The notes below the pieces were generated by a model. That model did not search any database. It was not told where the DNA came from and saw nothing but the letters and a program-made list of their open reading frames with translations. From NCBI RefSeq assembly GCF_002298605.1, contig NZ_DBKS01000055.1: 64,000 bases of DNA; one strand, 5' to 3'. The DNA comes from Bifidobacterium sp. UBA744 (GTDB lineage Bacteria; Actinomycetota; Actinomycetes; Actinomycetales; Bifidobacteriaceae). This document shows, piece by piece, positions 40,301 to 52,095 of the stretch. A program made the translations under genes and the position numbers. The first letter of the stretch is position 1, and every line of letters begins with the position of its first letter.

Positions 40301-41939
40301 GGAGGTTCGGCTCCGGGCCGATCGCGGATTCCAGGGAGGTGACGATTTCCTCGCGCTCCCAGTCCAGCGGAGGATTGGTGACCTGCGCGAACTTCTGATG
40401 GAAGTAGTCGAAGAGCATGCGGCTGCGCTTGGAAAGCACCGGCAGCGGGTTGTCGTTGCCCATGGAACCGAGCGGTTCCTTGCCGGTATTGGCCATCGGT
40501 GCGAGCAGCATCTTCAGATCCTCTTCGGTGTAGCCGAACGCACGCTGGCGACGCTGCACCGATTGCCCGGAATGACTCACATGCTCGCGCTGCGGCAGGT
40601 CGGACAGCTCGACGGAGTTGCCTTCGACCCACTGGCGATACGGATGCTGGGACGCCAGCTGGTGCTTGATCTCGTCGTCGGGGATCACGCGACCTTCGGC
40701 GGTGTCGACCAGAAACATCTTGCCCGGCTCCAGACGGCCTTTGGCTACGATGTTCCTCTGCTCGATCTTCGGCAGCACGCCGGCTTCGGAGGCCAGCACC
40801 AGGTATCCGTCGGAGTCGAGCTGCCAGCGGCCGGGACGGAAGCCGTTGCGGTCCAGCAGCGCGCCGACCTGGGTGCCGTCGGTGAAGATGATGTCGGCGG
40901 GGCCGTCCCACGGCTCGATCAGGGTGTTGTTGTACTCGTAGAACGCCCTGACATCGGGATCGAGGGACGTGTTCTTCTCCCATGCGGGGGGCAGCATCAT
41001 GCAGATGGCGTGGGGCAGCGAGCGACCGGCCAGATGCAGCAGCTCGAGACATTCGTCGAAGGTTCCGGAATCCGAATATCCCGGCGTGGTGATGGGCAGC
41101 AGCGACTTGAATTCGCCAAGCAGCTTGGAGCTCAACCGGCCCTCGCGGGCCGACAGCCAATTACGGTTGCCCTGAATGGTGTTGATCTCACCGTTATGGG
41201 CCAGCAGGCGGAACGGCTGGGCCAGCGGCCAGCTCGGGAAGGTGTTGGTGGAGAAGCGGGAATGCACGATGGCGATGACGGTTTTCATGCGCTCATCGCT
41301 CAGATCCTTGAAGAACGGCGTGAGCTGCATGGTGGTCAGCATGCCCTTGTAGGTGATGGTACGGGCCGACAGCGAGGCGAAATACACGCCGACTTCATGC
41401 TCGACGCGCTTGCGGATGCGGAAGGTCTTGCGGTCCAGATCCACGCCGGCCAGCTCGCCGTCGGGGGACGCGACCACCAAGGTCTTGAAGCTCGGCATGG
41501 TGGCCAAGGCCTGCAAGCCCAGCCCATCGGGGTTGGTGGGTACCACGCGCCAGGCAAGGACCTCAAGCCCCTCCTCGCGCACGATATTAGCAATGGCCTG
41601 CTCCTGGCGGCCGGAAGCGGCAATGTCGCGATCAAGGAATGCGATGCCTGCCGCGTAGTGCCCCGCCGGTGGCAGCTCCGCATCGATGACGGCCCGCATG
41701 AACTCATCGGGCATGCTCATCAGAATGCCGGCGCCGTCGCCGGTGTTCTCCTCGGCTCCGACTGCGCCTCGATGGTTCAGGTTGACCAGCACCTCGATGG
41801 CATTGTCGATGATTCTGCGTTCGGGCCGCTTGTTCAACGTAGTGACCATACCGACGCCACAGGCGTCGTGTTCACTGGTTGAGTTATACAACCCTTGGGA
41901 ATCGTGGATCGTCAGATCAAGCGGGGCGTGGAAAGTCAC
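37368..41939 (-). CDS. gltB: Glutamate synthase large subunit
   Basis: EHDACGVG, HSRFSTNT, AMSYGS, IKLAQGAKPGEGG and the 3Fe-4S Cys motif CVMMRACQKNTCP. Confidence 0.97.
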   Translation of the reverse strand: MTFHAPLDLTIHDSQGLYNSTSEHDACGVGMVTTLNKRPERRIIDNAIEVLVNLNHRGAVGAEENTGDGAGILMSMPDEFMRAVIDAELPPAGHYAAGIAFLDRDIAASGRQEQAIANIVREEGLEVLAWRVVPTNPDGLGLQALATMPSFKTLVVASPDGELAGVDLDRKTFRIRKRVEHEVGVYFASLSARTITYKGMLTTMQLTPFFKDLSDERMKTVIAIVHSRFSTNTFPSWPLAQPFRLLAHNGEINTIQGNRNWLSAREGRLSSKLLGEFKSLLPITTPGYSDSGTFDECLELLHLAGRSLPHAICMMLPPAWEKNTSLDPDVRAFYEYNNTLIEPWDGPADIIFTDGTQVGALLDRNGFRPGRWQLDSDGYLVLASEAGVLPKIEQRNIVAKGRLEPGKMFLVDTAEGRVIPDDEIKHQLASQHPYRQWVEGNSVELSDLPQREHVSHSGQSVQRRQRAFGYTEEDLKMLLAPMANTGKEPLGSMGNDNPLPVLSKRSRMLFDYFHQKFAQVTNPPLDWEREEIVTSLESAIGPEPNLLEDTELHAKKILIPQPVINSDEMAQLKRLDKAKVLGGYYKSYVVKGLYQVAGGGKALEARLEEIFGEIDEAIANGSNFIVLSDRESNHTWGPIPSLLLTSAVQHHLLRRHTRTQISMAVEAGDVREVHHVALLIAYGAACVNPYLAFESVEDLARTGYLKVDAPTAVKNLTKALSIGVLKIMSKMGVSTIMSYRGAQLFEAVGLNKQIVDKYFTGTVSQVGGVGLDELAEEVAIRHRVAYPNQWTATPHMNLETGGEYKWRRTGEDHLNDPEAIFLLQQSTQRGDYQMFKKYSHHINDTSNRLMTLRGLMKFKHDRKPIDISEVEPASEIVKSFSTGAMSYGSISREAHETLAIAMNTLGARSNSGEGGEEDDRINDPLRYSRIKQIASARFGVTSNYLVHATDLQIKLAQGAKPGEGGHLPGAKVPPWIAKVRHATPGVELISPPPHHDIYSIEDLKQLINDAKMANPKARVHVKLVSEFGVGTIAAGVAKCHADVVLISGYDGGTGAAPLNAIRHAGTPWEIGLAETQQTLILNGLRSRIVVQCDGELKTGRDVVIAALLGAEEFGFATAALIVEGCVMMRACQKNTCPQGIATQDPELRARFKGKPEYVINFFMYIAEEVREILAELGFRTLKEAVGHVECLDQDEAIKRWKADGVDLTNVLMQPGPIPGTILHNTETQDHELGKALDNDIIKMAQPALERKEPVLIELPIRNVNRTVGTMVGYEITRRYGEEGLPDNTIDMTLHGSGGQSIGAFIPKGETMRIYGEVNDYAGKGLSGGRIIVRAEDGVSFDPHENVIAGNVTGFGATSGEMFVAGRSGERFAVRNSGATFVVEGVGDHGCEYMTGGTVVVLGSTGRNFGAGFSGGNAYVLDLDMNKVNPAAAHDGSLLFKPLEGEDEQLVHELVKRHAEETGSAFAKELLGDWADAVTRFTHVVPAHYVAMLNAMAQAEANNIDFSAPGVWEKTYEQVMEGAH

Positions 41940-42098
41940 CGAAACCACCTTCAGCTGTTTTGGCGAGGCCGGTTGGCCTTGCGGTTCTTTGGTAAAAGCT
42001 TTCTTAGGGTAGCGCCGGCGCATGTCAGCTTTGTTTCACTGTCCATATACCGAATAACCCCAAAAGTCAAGACCGGTTTTTACCGCGGGAAGTGCGGC

Positions 42099-43289
42099 TC
42101 ACAGGCCCAAGGCATCGAATATCCGCTCAATCACCAGATCGTTCAGCAGACGCCCCCGACGCGTGGCGACGATATGTGGGCCGGAACGCGTCACCAGCCC
42201 CTCCCGTTCCAGCCCGGTGACGTCCACCGGCATGGGAAGCGCATTGAGATCCAACCCGTCCCGGATGCGCATGGCGAGCATGACGCGTTCCTCGAGACTC
42301 TCCCTGGAGGATATGCTTTCGCGCCCGGCCCAGGGAACGCGACCGTCCGCGATGGCGAGCCCCCAGAGCCGGGGATGCGCGATGCCCCAGGAACGCAGGC
42401 CGATGGCGGAACCGCCGGCATGCGCGCCGTCACGACTCTGCTCGGCGAAGCCATTGTAATGCGAATGGGCTCCTGGACCCAGACCGGCCCAATCAACGTT
42501 GTTCCAATACCCGAGGTTGTGTCGCGACTCATAGCCGGGACGGGCCCAGTTGGACACCTCGTACCACTGCAACCCGGCCTGTTCGAAGAGCTCGTCGGCG
42601 ATTTCGTATTTGGCCGCCTCGTCATCGTCGTCGGGTTTCGGCAACGTGCCCGCGGCGATCCGACGGCCCATTTTCGTCGTGGGCTCAACGGTTAGCGCAT
42701 AGGCTGAAATATGGTTGACGCCAAGGTCGATGGCCGTGCGCACCGAAGCGCGCCAATCATCCAGGCTCTCCCCCGGCGCTCCGTAAATCAGATCCACGCT
42801 GGAGCGCAGCCCGGCAGCCCCGGCGGCCCGTATTCCGGCCGTGACATTGGCGGGCGTATGCGTGCGGTCAAGCGTGCGCAGCACATGGGGCACGGCGGAT
42901 TGCATGCCGAACGAGACGCGCGTGAAACCTCCGTCCGCAAGCTCGCGAAGGTAGTCGGCATCCACCGTATCCGGATTCGCCTCGGTGGTGATCTCGGCAT
43001 TGGGCGCAACACCCCACACGCGCCGAATCGCATCCAGCGTCGCCACCAGGTCGGCGGCGGGAAGAATCGTCGGCGTGCCGCCCCCGAAAAACACCGTGTC
43101 GGCGGCGGGCTCGACGATGCCGTGATCCGTCTGCCAGCGCCTGACGAGTTCCATCTCGCGGATCACCATGGCGGCGTAGTTGCCCCGGCTCGCCCCCCCG
43201 CCCAGATCGACGGCGGTGTAGGTGTTGAAATCACAATACCCGCAGCGCCGCAGGCAGAACGGCACATGGACGTAAACCTCGAAGGTCAA
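42099..43289 (-). CDS. hemW: Radical SAM heme chaperone (HemN-like)
   Basis: YVHVPFCLRRCGYCDFN, FFGGGTPT, YEVSNWA and HNLGYW; follows lepA. Confidence 0.92.
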   Translation of the reverse strand: MTFEVYVHVPFCLRRCGYCDFNTYTAVDLGGGASRGNYAAMVIREMELVRRWQTDHGIVEPAADTVFFGGGTPTILPAADLVATLDAIRRVWGVAPNAEITTEANPDTVDADYLRELADGGFTRVSFGMQSAVPHVLRTLDRTHTPANVTAGIRAAGAAGLRSSVDLIYGAPGESLDDWRASVRTAIDLGVNHISAYALTVEPTTKMGRRIAAGTLPKPDDDDEAAKYEIADELFEQAGLQWYEVSNWARPGYESRHNLGYWNNVDWAGLGPGAHSHYNGFAEQSRDGAHAGGSAIGLRSWGIAHPRLWGLAIADGRVPWAGRESISSRESLEERVMLAMRIRDGLDLNALPMPVDVTGLEREGLVTRSGPHIVATRRGRLLNDLVIERIFDALGL

Positions 43290-43292
43290 GGC

Positions 43293-45176
<1,884 letters not shown>

Positions 45177-45348
45177 CGAACATTCCTCCTTGGGTGACAT
45201 ACCCTACTTCAAACTCGTTCCATGCTAGCCGGTTCCCATGTCAGCATTGGTGATTTCTGTGTCGTTGTCGCACGTTGTCGTGGATTCCGTGCTATCATCA
45301 GTGCTTTGTATGTCCTTGTAATACACGTTCACGTCGTTTGGAGAAACA

Positions 45349-45609
45349 GTGGCAAACATTAAGTCGCAGAAGAAGCGCGTGCTGACCAATGAGAAGGCCC
45401 ACCTGCGCAACGTCTCGGTGAAGTCTTCCGTGAAGACCGCGATCCGCAAGACCCGCGAGGCCATCGCCTCCGGTGATAAGGCTGCCGCCGAGGCCGCCTA
45501 CAAGGTCGCCGCCCAGAAGCTCGACAAGGCCGCAAGCGCCGGCGTCCTGCACAAGAACCAGGCCGCCAACCGCAAGTCCGGACTTGCCGTTGCCATCAAC
45601 GCTCTGTGA
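45349..45609 (+). CDS. rpsT: 30S ribosomal protein S20
   Basis: [10 protein letters not shown]...[11 protein letters not shown]; 86 aa. Confidence 0.97.
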   Translation: MANIKSQKKRVLTNEKAHLRNVSVKSSVKTAIRKTREAIASGDKAAAEAAYKVAAQKLDKAASAGVLHKNQAANRKSGLAVAINAL

Positions 45610-45671
45610 TCCGGAGATATCGTCGATATCGTCCTGGTCATAGGCGCTGATCATTAGCAGGACCTACCTGT

Positions 45672-45706
45672 TTGGGGCTTGCAGACCATCGGTCTGCAAG
45701 CCCCAA
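45672..45706. terminator. Hairpin terminator after rpsT, likely bidirectional
   Basis: TTGGGGCTTGCAGACC-atc-GGTCTGCAAGCCCCAA between convergent genes. Confidence 0.75.
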
Positions 45707-45724
45707 TTTCATAGCCGCAGGCGG

Positions 45725-46438
45725 TCAGCGACGACCGCCGCCGCGATGCGCGCGCTTCGACTCGCTCGGCAAATAGACGGTGCGCCGCCGCACCGCCCCG
45801 GGCACGGTGATATCGAATTTCACCGACAGCAGCCTCATCACAATAACCAGCGCCACAATGGCAAGGTCCAGGCCTATTTCCTCCCGCTCGCCAATCAGCT
45901 GGAACTGCAGCGCCTTGCACACCGGAACGGTCAGCACACTGCCAACGGCAGCCGGAACAAAATACCAGTGCCTGTCACGAATGATCATCGGCACCTCGTT
46001 GATCAGCATGTCGCGGACCAGCCCTCCGCCGAGCGCAGTGACCATGCCCATGAACGCCGCCGTCATTCCGGAAGTGCCCAGCATCATCGCCTTCGACGTG
46101 CCGTTGACGGCGAACAGCGCCACCGCCAGGGCGTCAAGCGTCAGCATGGACCATTTCAGCTTGTCGACTTCCGGATGGAGTACGGCGACGGCCACGCCGG
46201 AGGCCAGTGCCGTCAGCACGGAGCCCTTGTCGGAGATGCCGATGGGCGTCACGTCGAGCATCACGTCGCGGATGATGCCGCCGCCCAGCGCGGTCAGCCA
46301 TGAGGTGATCAGGATCGCGGTGATGTCATACTTCTTGCGCACGGCGGACAGACCCCCAACCATACCGCAGCAGAAAACCGCCACGTATTCAATGATCAGG
46401 AAGAACGTATTGCTCTCCAACGCCAATTGAGGTCCCAT
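45725..46438 (-). CDS. UPF0126 / TRIC-like membrane protein
   Basis: Duplicated TALGGGIIRD / TALGGGLVRD motif; about 7 hydrophobic segments. Confidence 0.87.
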   Translation of the reverse strand: MGPQLALESNTFFLIIEYVAVFCCGMVGGLSAVRKKYDITAILITSWLTALGGGIIRDVMLDVTPIGISDKGSVLTALASGVAVAVLHPEVDKLKWSMLTLDALAVALFAVNGTSKAMMLGTSGMTAAFMGMVTALGGGLVRDMLINEVPMIIRDRHWYFVPAAVGSVLTVPVCKALQFQLIGEREEIGLDLAIVALVIVMRLLSVKFDITVPGAVRRRTVYLPSESKRAHRGGGRR

Positions 46439-46543
46439 GCATCAGCCTCCTCTCGCCAAGCCGCACCTACGATACCAGCCGCGGTGGCTGCACACGCCAC
46501 CCAGGAAGCCGACCATGGTTCGCGATATTCGACTTGAACGGCG

Positions 46544-46588
46544 AAAAGGCGGGATTCCCGCCTGTCGCCAGGCCCGGGAAATCCCGCC
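46544..46588 (-). terminator. Rho-independent terminator after ilvE
   Basis: GGCGGGATT/AATCCCGCC stem plus TTTT on the minus strand. Confidence 0.65.
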
Positions 46589-46642
46589 CATTCCATTGCG
46601 CGATCACGTACGCGAATATCGCGCGAATATCCGCCGAGGAGC

Positions 46643-47767
46643 TCAGCAGACCTTCCACATCCAGTTATGCGGATCCTCAACCTCGCCAAGCTGGATGCCA
46701 AGCAGCTCGTTGCGCAGGTCGACGGTCAGCTTGCCGGACTCGCCGTTGCCTACGGTGACGTCGAACTTCTCGGACTTGAAACGGCCGATCGGGGTGATGA
46801 TGGCGGCGGTGCCACAGGCGAACACCTCGGTAACCTCGCCGGACTTGATGTCCTCCAGCAGCTGGTCGAGCGCGATCATGGTCTCGACCACGTCGATGCC
46901 GCGGTCCTGCATCAGCTGGATCAGGGAGCGACGGGTCACGCCGGGCAGAATGTTGCCGGTCAGAGACGGGGTCTCAACATGGCCGTCCTTATGAACCACC
47001 ATCATGTTCATGCCACCAAGCTCCTCGAGGTAGGTCTTGGTCGCGGCGTCCACGAAGCACACCTGCTCGCAGCCGTTCTCAATGCCCTTGTACTCGCCGA
47101 GCAGCGAAGCGGCGTAGTTGCCGCCGCACTTGGCGAAGCCGGTGCCGCCGGGGCCGGTACGGAACCACTTGTCCTCAACCCAGATGCTCACCGGCTTGAC
47201 GCCACCGGTGAAGTACGGGCCGGAAGGGGAGGCGATGACGCAGTAGTCGACCTCCTGGGGGGCGCGAACGCCCAGGAACGGCTCGGAAGCGAACATGAAC
47301 GGACGCATGTACAGCGTGTACTCGCGACGGGAGGGAACCCAGTTGGCATCACGCTTGACCAGCGCGGCGACGGAACCCAGGAAGTCCTCAACGGGCAGCT
47401 CCGGCAGGTACAGACGCTTGGCGGAGTTCTGGAAGCGTTCGGCGTTGGCGTCCGGACGGAACAGCCACGTGGATCCATCGGCATGCCGATAGGCCTTGAG
47501 CCCCTCGAAACACTCCTGAGCGTAATGCAGCACCGAAGCGCCCGGATCCATCTTCAGCGGCGCATACGGTTCGACGCGGCGGTCGCCCCAGCCTTCGCCC
47601 TTGGTCCACGTCATATGGGTCATGTTGTCGGAGAAAATCTGACCGAACGCCGGCTTGTCGATGAGCTCCTGACGCTTCGCGTCGGATGCCGGGTTCTCGT
47701 TGGGCAGAACCGTGAACGCTTCGGTGAGCTTATCGAGCGCCGCGGGATCGTGATGAGATTCAGTCAT
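46643..47767 (-). CDS. ilvE: Branched-chain amino acid aminotransferase
   Basis: LHYAQECFEGLKAY, LYMRPF, AKCGGNYA, ILPGVTR and FACGTAA motifs. Confidence 0.96.
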   Translation of the reverse strand: MTESHHDPAALDKLTEAFTVLPNENPASDAKRQELIDKPAFGQIFSDNMTHMTWTKGEGWGDRRVEPYAPLKMDPGASVLHYAQECFEGLKAYRHADGSTWLFRPDANAERFQNSAKRLYLPELPVEDFLGSVAALVKRDANWVPSRREYTLYMRPFMFASEPFLGVRAPQEVDYCVIASPSGPYFTGGVKPVSIWVEDKWFRTGPGGTGFAKCGGNYAASLLGEYKGIENGCEQVCFVDAATKTYLEELGGMNMMVVHKDGHVETPSLTGNILPGVTRRSLIQLMQDRGIDVVETMIALDQLLEDIKSGEVTEVFACGTAAIITPIGRFKSEKFDVTVGNGESGKLTVDLRNELLGIQLGEVEDPHNWMWKVC

Positions 47768-47970
47768 AACCTTGTACTTCTTTTCATATGTTCCCCGCCT
47801 CGGCGGAAGAACGTCCTGCTATGATGCCTATGCGCTTGTGGCGCTTGGCCTAGCTCGTAATATTGCACAACTTTGTCATGCATTGGTGCCGCGGTTCACA
47901 TTATGAAAACTTTGAACCGGCTATAAGGCGCGGACGGGATGCGCCGCCCGTCCGGCCCGTGCGGACAGTC

Positions 47971-48014
47971 AAAAACGCGTATGGGGAGGACGCGAATCTC
48001 GCATCCTCCCCATA
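47971..48014 (-). terminator. Terminator after rplY
   Basis: TATGGGGAGGA/TCCTCCCCATA stem with T5 a few nt downstream on the minus strand. Confidence 0.65.
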
Positions 48015-48059
48015 AGCCCCCTCTCCACGAGGGGCTGCAGTATCGCTCTACCGGAGCAA

Positions 48060-48683
48060 TCAGGCCTTGGCAGCGGCGGCGTCGGCGGCCGGAGCGGCAG
48101 CGTCGGCGGCCGGAGCGGCAGCCGGGGCCTCGGCGGAGACGTCATCCGGGACCTCGACGCTGACGACGGAATCCTCAAGATCGTCGATGACGAGCTCGGC
48201 GCCTTCGGGCAGCTTGACGTCCTTGGCGAGAACCTTGGCGCCGTCGGCGAGGCCGTTCACGTCGATGACGATCTTCTCGGGCAGGTTGGCCACGTCGGCG
48301 CGGACCTCGAGGTTCTGCATATCGACGAACGCGACGGCGGCGCCCTTGGTGACGCCCTCGACGAACACCGGCACCTCGACGACGACCTTCTCGCCGGCGC
48401 GGACCTCATAGAAGTCCACATGCTCGATGATGCGCTTCACCGGGTTGCGCTGAACGTCCTTGACGATGGCCATCTTGCTGTCGTCGCCGAACTTGATGTT
48501 GAACAGGGCGTTGCGCTGGCGCAGGGCGTTGGTGGTCTCCTTCAACGGGAGCTTGATGAACGCGGGCTCCGCGCCGCCGGCGTAAATGGTGGCCGGGATC
48601 AGGTTGGCGACGCGCATGCGACGGGCCGCACCCTTGCCGAATTCGTTACGAACTTCACCTTCAAGCACGATGGTGTTTGCCAT
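48060..48683 (-). CDS. rplY: 50S ribosomal protein L25 / Ctc (long form)
   Basis: RNEFGKGAARRMR..IPATIY, KDVQRNPV..IEHVDF and an Ala-rich tail. AAGGAG RBS. Confidence 0.95.
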   Translation of the reverse strand: MANTIVLEGEVRNEFGKGAARRMRVANLIPATIYAGGAEPAFIKLPLKETTNALRQRNALFNIKFGDDSKMAIVKDVQRNPVKRIIEHVDFYEVRAGEKVVVEVPVFVEGVTKGAAVAFVDMQNLEVRADVANLPEKIVIDVNGLADGAKVLAKDVKLPEGAELVIDDLEDSVVSVEVPDDVSAEAPAAAPAADAAAPAADAAAAKA

Positions 48684-48932
48684 AGTGATTCTCCTTGAGT
48701 CAATATTTTCTAGTCGTTCTGCCATAAGGCGCCACGACGCGCCGCAGAACGCATCCCACAAGGAGTGCGATCACGTCGAGTCGATTACGGAGTGCCGTGC
48801 GGCCTCCCTCGCCAAGACTGGCGTCCCGATCGACGCGGCCATATGCCACACGCCCATCAAGACAACGTTCACCAGTATATCGGACAAACGGACAAACACA
48901 CCGGCGACGGCAGACGCACGCCGCGGGCAGGC

Positions 48933-48969
48933 AAAAGGGCCGGTTCCGAACATCATTCGGAACCGGCCC
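48933..48969 (-). terminator. Rho-independent terminator after pntB
   Basis: GGGCCGGTTCCGAA/TTCGGAACCGGCCC 14-bp stem plus TTTT. Confidence 0.8.
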
Positions 48970-48987
48970 CATCGCACCGCGCAACCA

Positions 48988-50396
<1,409 letters not shown>

Positions 50397-50400
<4 letters not shown>

Positions 50401-50711
50401 TTGACGCCCTCCTTGTCGTCATTTTTTGCGGGCTTCGACGACTTGAACATTTCAAGCATGCGATCGGTCACCACATAGCCTCCCACCACGTTCATCGTGC
50501 CCAGCACGGCGGCCAGGAAGATGAACGCATAGGCAAGCGGCGTATTGGCGTGCGCGGCCACGATGACCACGCCGACGATGACGATGCCGTGAATCGAATT
50601 GGCACCCGACATCAGCGGGGTGTGCAGGGTCGCGGGGACCTTGCCGATCACCTCGACGCCGATCAGCAGCGCGAGAACGAATAGCGTGATCGCCACCACG
50701 AGGGTATTCAT
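50397..50711 (-). CDS. pntA: NAD(P) transhydrogenase alpha subunit part 2 (membrane)
   Basis: VPATLHTPLMSGANSI and NVVGGYVVTDRMLEMF motifs. Confidence 0.93.
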
Positions 50712-51862
50712 GCCTGTGACTCCTTCTTCTCGTTGGCGGACGGGGCGCCGGCCACGACCATGGCTCGGTCGATCTCCTCGTCGCCGCGCATGGCTAGCTT
50801 GCCGTCGACAATGAAATGCGTCAGCGTGTCGGCAAGGTTGCGGGCCGCCAGGTTGGACGCGGTGGTCGCCACGCCGCTCGCCAGATCGGGCGCGCCGATC
50901 AGCGTGACGCCATGTTCGGTGACCACGGTTTCATTCGGCTTGGACCCATCCACATTGCCGCCCAGATCACTGGCGGCGCAATCGACGATCACGGCGCCGC
51001 GCTTCAAACCGTCGACGCCGGTCTTGGTGAGCAGCACCGGCGGCTTGCGGCCGGGAACCTTTGCCGTGGTGATGACCACGTCGAAGCCCGCGGCCTTCTC
51101 GTCGACGGCAGCCTGCTGGGCCGCCTGCTCCTCCGGGGTCAGCGCGCGCGCGTAGCCGCCCTCTCCCTGGCCCTTGGAGAAATCAAGGCCCAGATCAAGG
51201 AACTTGGCGCCCAGCGACTCGACCTCGCCCTTCGAAGCCGGGCGAACATCGTACGCGGTCACCACGGCCCCCAGGCGCTTGGCGGTGCCGATGGCCTGCA
51301 AACCGGCGATGCCGGCGCCGAGGATCAGCACCTTCGCCGGACGGATGGTCCCGGCGGCGGTGGTCATCATCGGGAAGAACGAACCATAGGCGTTGGCAGC
51401 CAGCAAGGCCGCCTTGTAGCCCATCACCGAGTTTTGGGAAGTCATCTCATCCATCGACTGGGCGCTGGACAGCTGACGCGGCAGCTTCTCCATGGCAACC
51501 GCGGTAACGCCTTTGGATTCCAACGCGGCAACGTAGTCGGCGTCGGTGAACGACCCGAGCATGCCGATCACCCACGAGCCGGCAGGAATGCGGTCAAGCA
51601 TTTCGTCTGCGGGCCGTCCGAGGAAACCGAACACCTGGGCCTGGGCGAGAATCTCATCTCTCGACGCAACGGTCGCGCCGGCCTTCGCGTAATCATCGTC
51701 AGCAAATTGCGCGGCTGCACCGGCACCGGATTCGATAAGACAAGACACGCCGCTCCTGGCGAGCCTGGTAACCAGTTCCGGAGTCAAAGCCACGCGGGAT
51801 TCGCGGTCATTCGTCTCATTGAAGACGCCATAGACCACGGTGGCTGTCGTGGGCTGAGCCAT
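50708..51862 (-). CDS. pntA: NAD(P) transhydrogenase alpha subunit part 1 (NAD-binding)
   Basis: ESRVALTP, AQSMD, MMTTAAGT, GAGIAGLQAI and GEGGYAR motifs. Confidence 0.93.
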   Translation of the reverse strand: MAQPTTATVVYGVFNETNDRESRVALTPELVTRLARSGVSCLIESGAGAAAQFADDDYAKAGATVASRDEILAQAQVFGFLGRPADEMLDRIPAGSWVIGMLGSFTDADYVAALESKGVTAVAMEKLPRQLSSAQSMDEMTSQNSVMGYKAALLAANAYGSFFPMMTTAAGTIRPAKVLILGAGIAGLQAIGTAKRLGAVVTAYDVRPASKGEVESLGAKFLDLGLDFSKGQGEGGYARALTPEEQAAQQAAVDEKAAGFDVVITTAKVPGRKPPVLLTKTGVDGLKRGAVIVDCAASDLGGNVDGSKPNETVVTEHGVTLIGAPDLASGVATTASNLAARNLADTLTHFIVDGKLAMRGDEEIDRAMVVAGAPSANEKKESQA

Positions 51863-52095
51863 AATCGAGCCATTCCTTTCGTGTGGATTTCAATTCCGCT
51901 CGACAGTGTAATGGATCGACGCGAGCTTGATGCGCGATGGTCCATAAACAGCGGCTCCCCAAACTGTCCATTCAGCTGTGCCACACACTGCGTTTCCTAC
52001 GGTTGCGTAAGGTGACGAGTCGAATCGAAGAGGCTACACTGCTTCCAAGAAGAAGGCGTCAAACGCAGTTATTCAAGGAGAATGTCGTGTCAATT

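Noticed and set aside
37332..41882. 1516-aa plus-strand ORF and similar long antisense ORFs (4949-7765, 24169-26514, 42711-45197, 48586-50478)
   Set aside because: They shadow clear genes (gltB, uvrA, metE, lepA, pntB) on the opposite strand and have no recognisable motifs. This is expected from high-GC3 codon bias removing antisense stops.
41940..42098. GlnR box upstream of gltB
   Set aside because: Only a partial GAAAC...TGAC match with imperfect spacing. A TTGACT -35 is present but the -10 is ambiguous.
48070..48125. 21-bp tandem repeat at the end of rplY
   Set aside because: It encodes the ordinary Ala/Pro-rich tail (AAPAADA twice) and is not CRISPR-like.
51863..52095. Rex operator in the divergent pntA/acyl-CoA ligase region
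   Set aside because: No TTGTGAA-N4-TTCACAA-like dyad was found.
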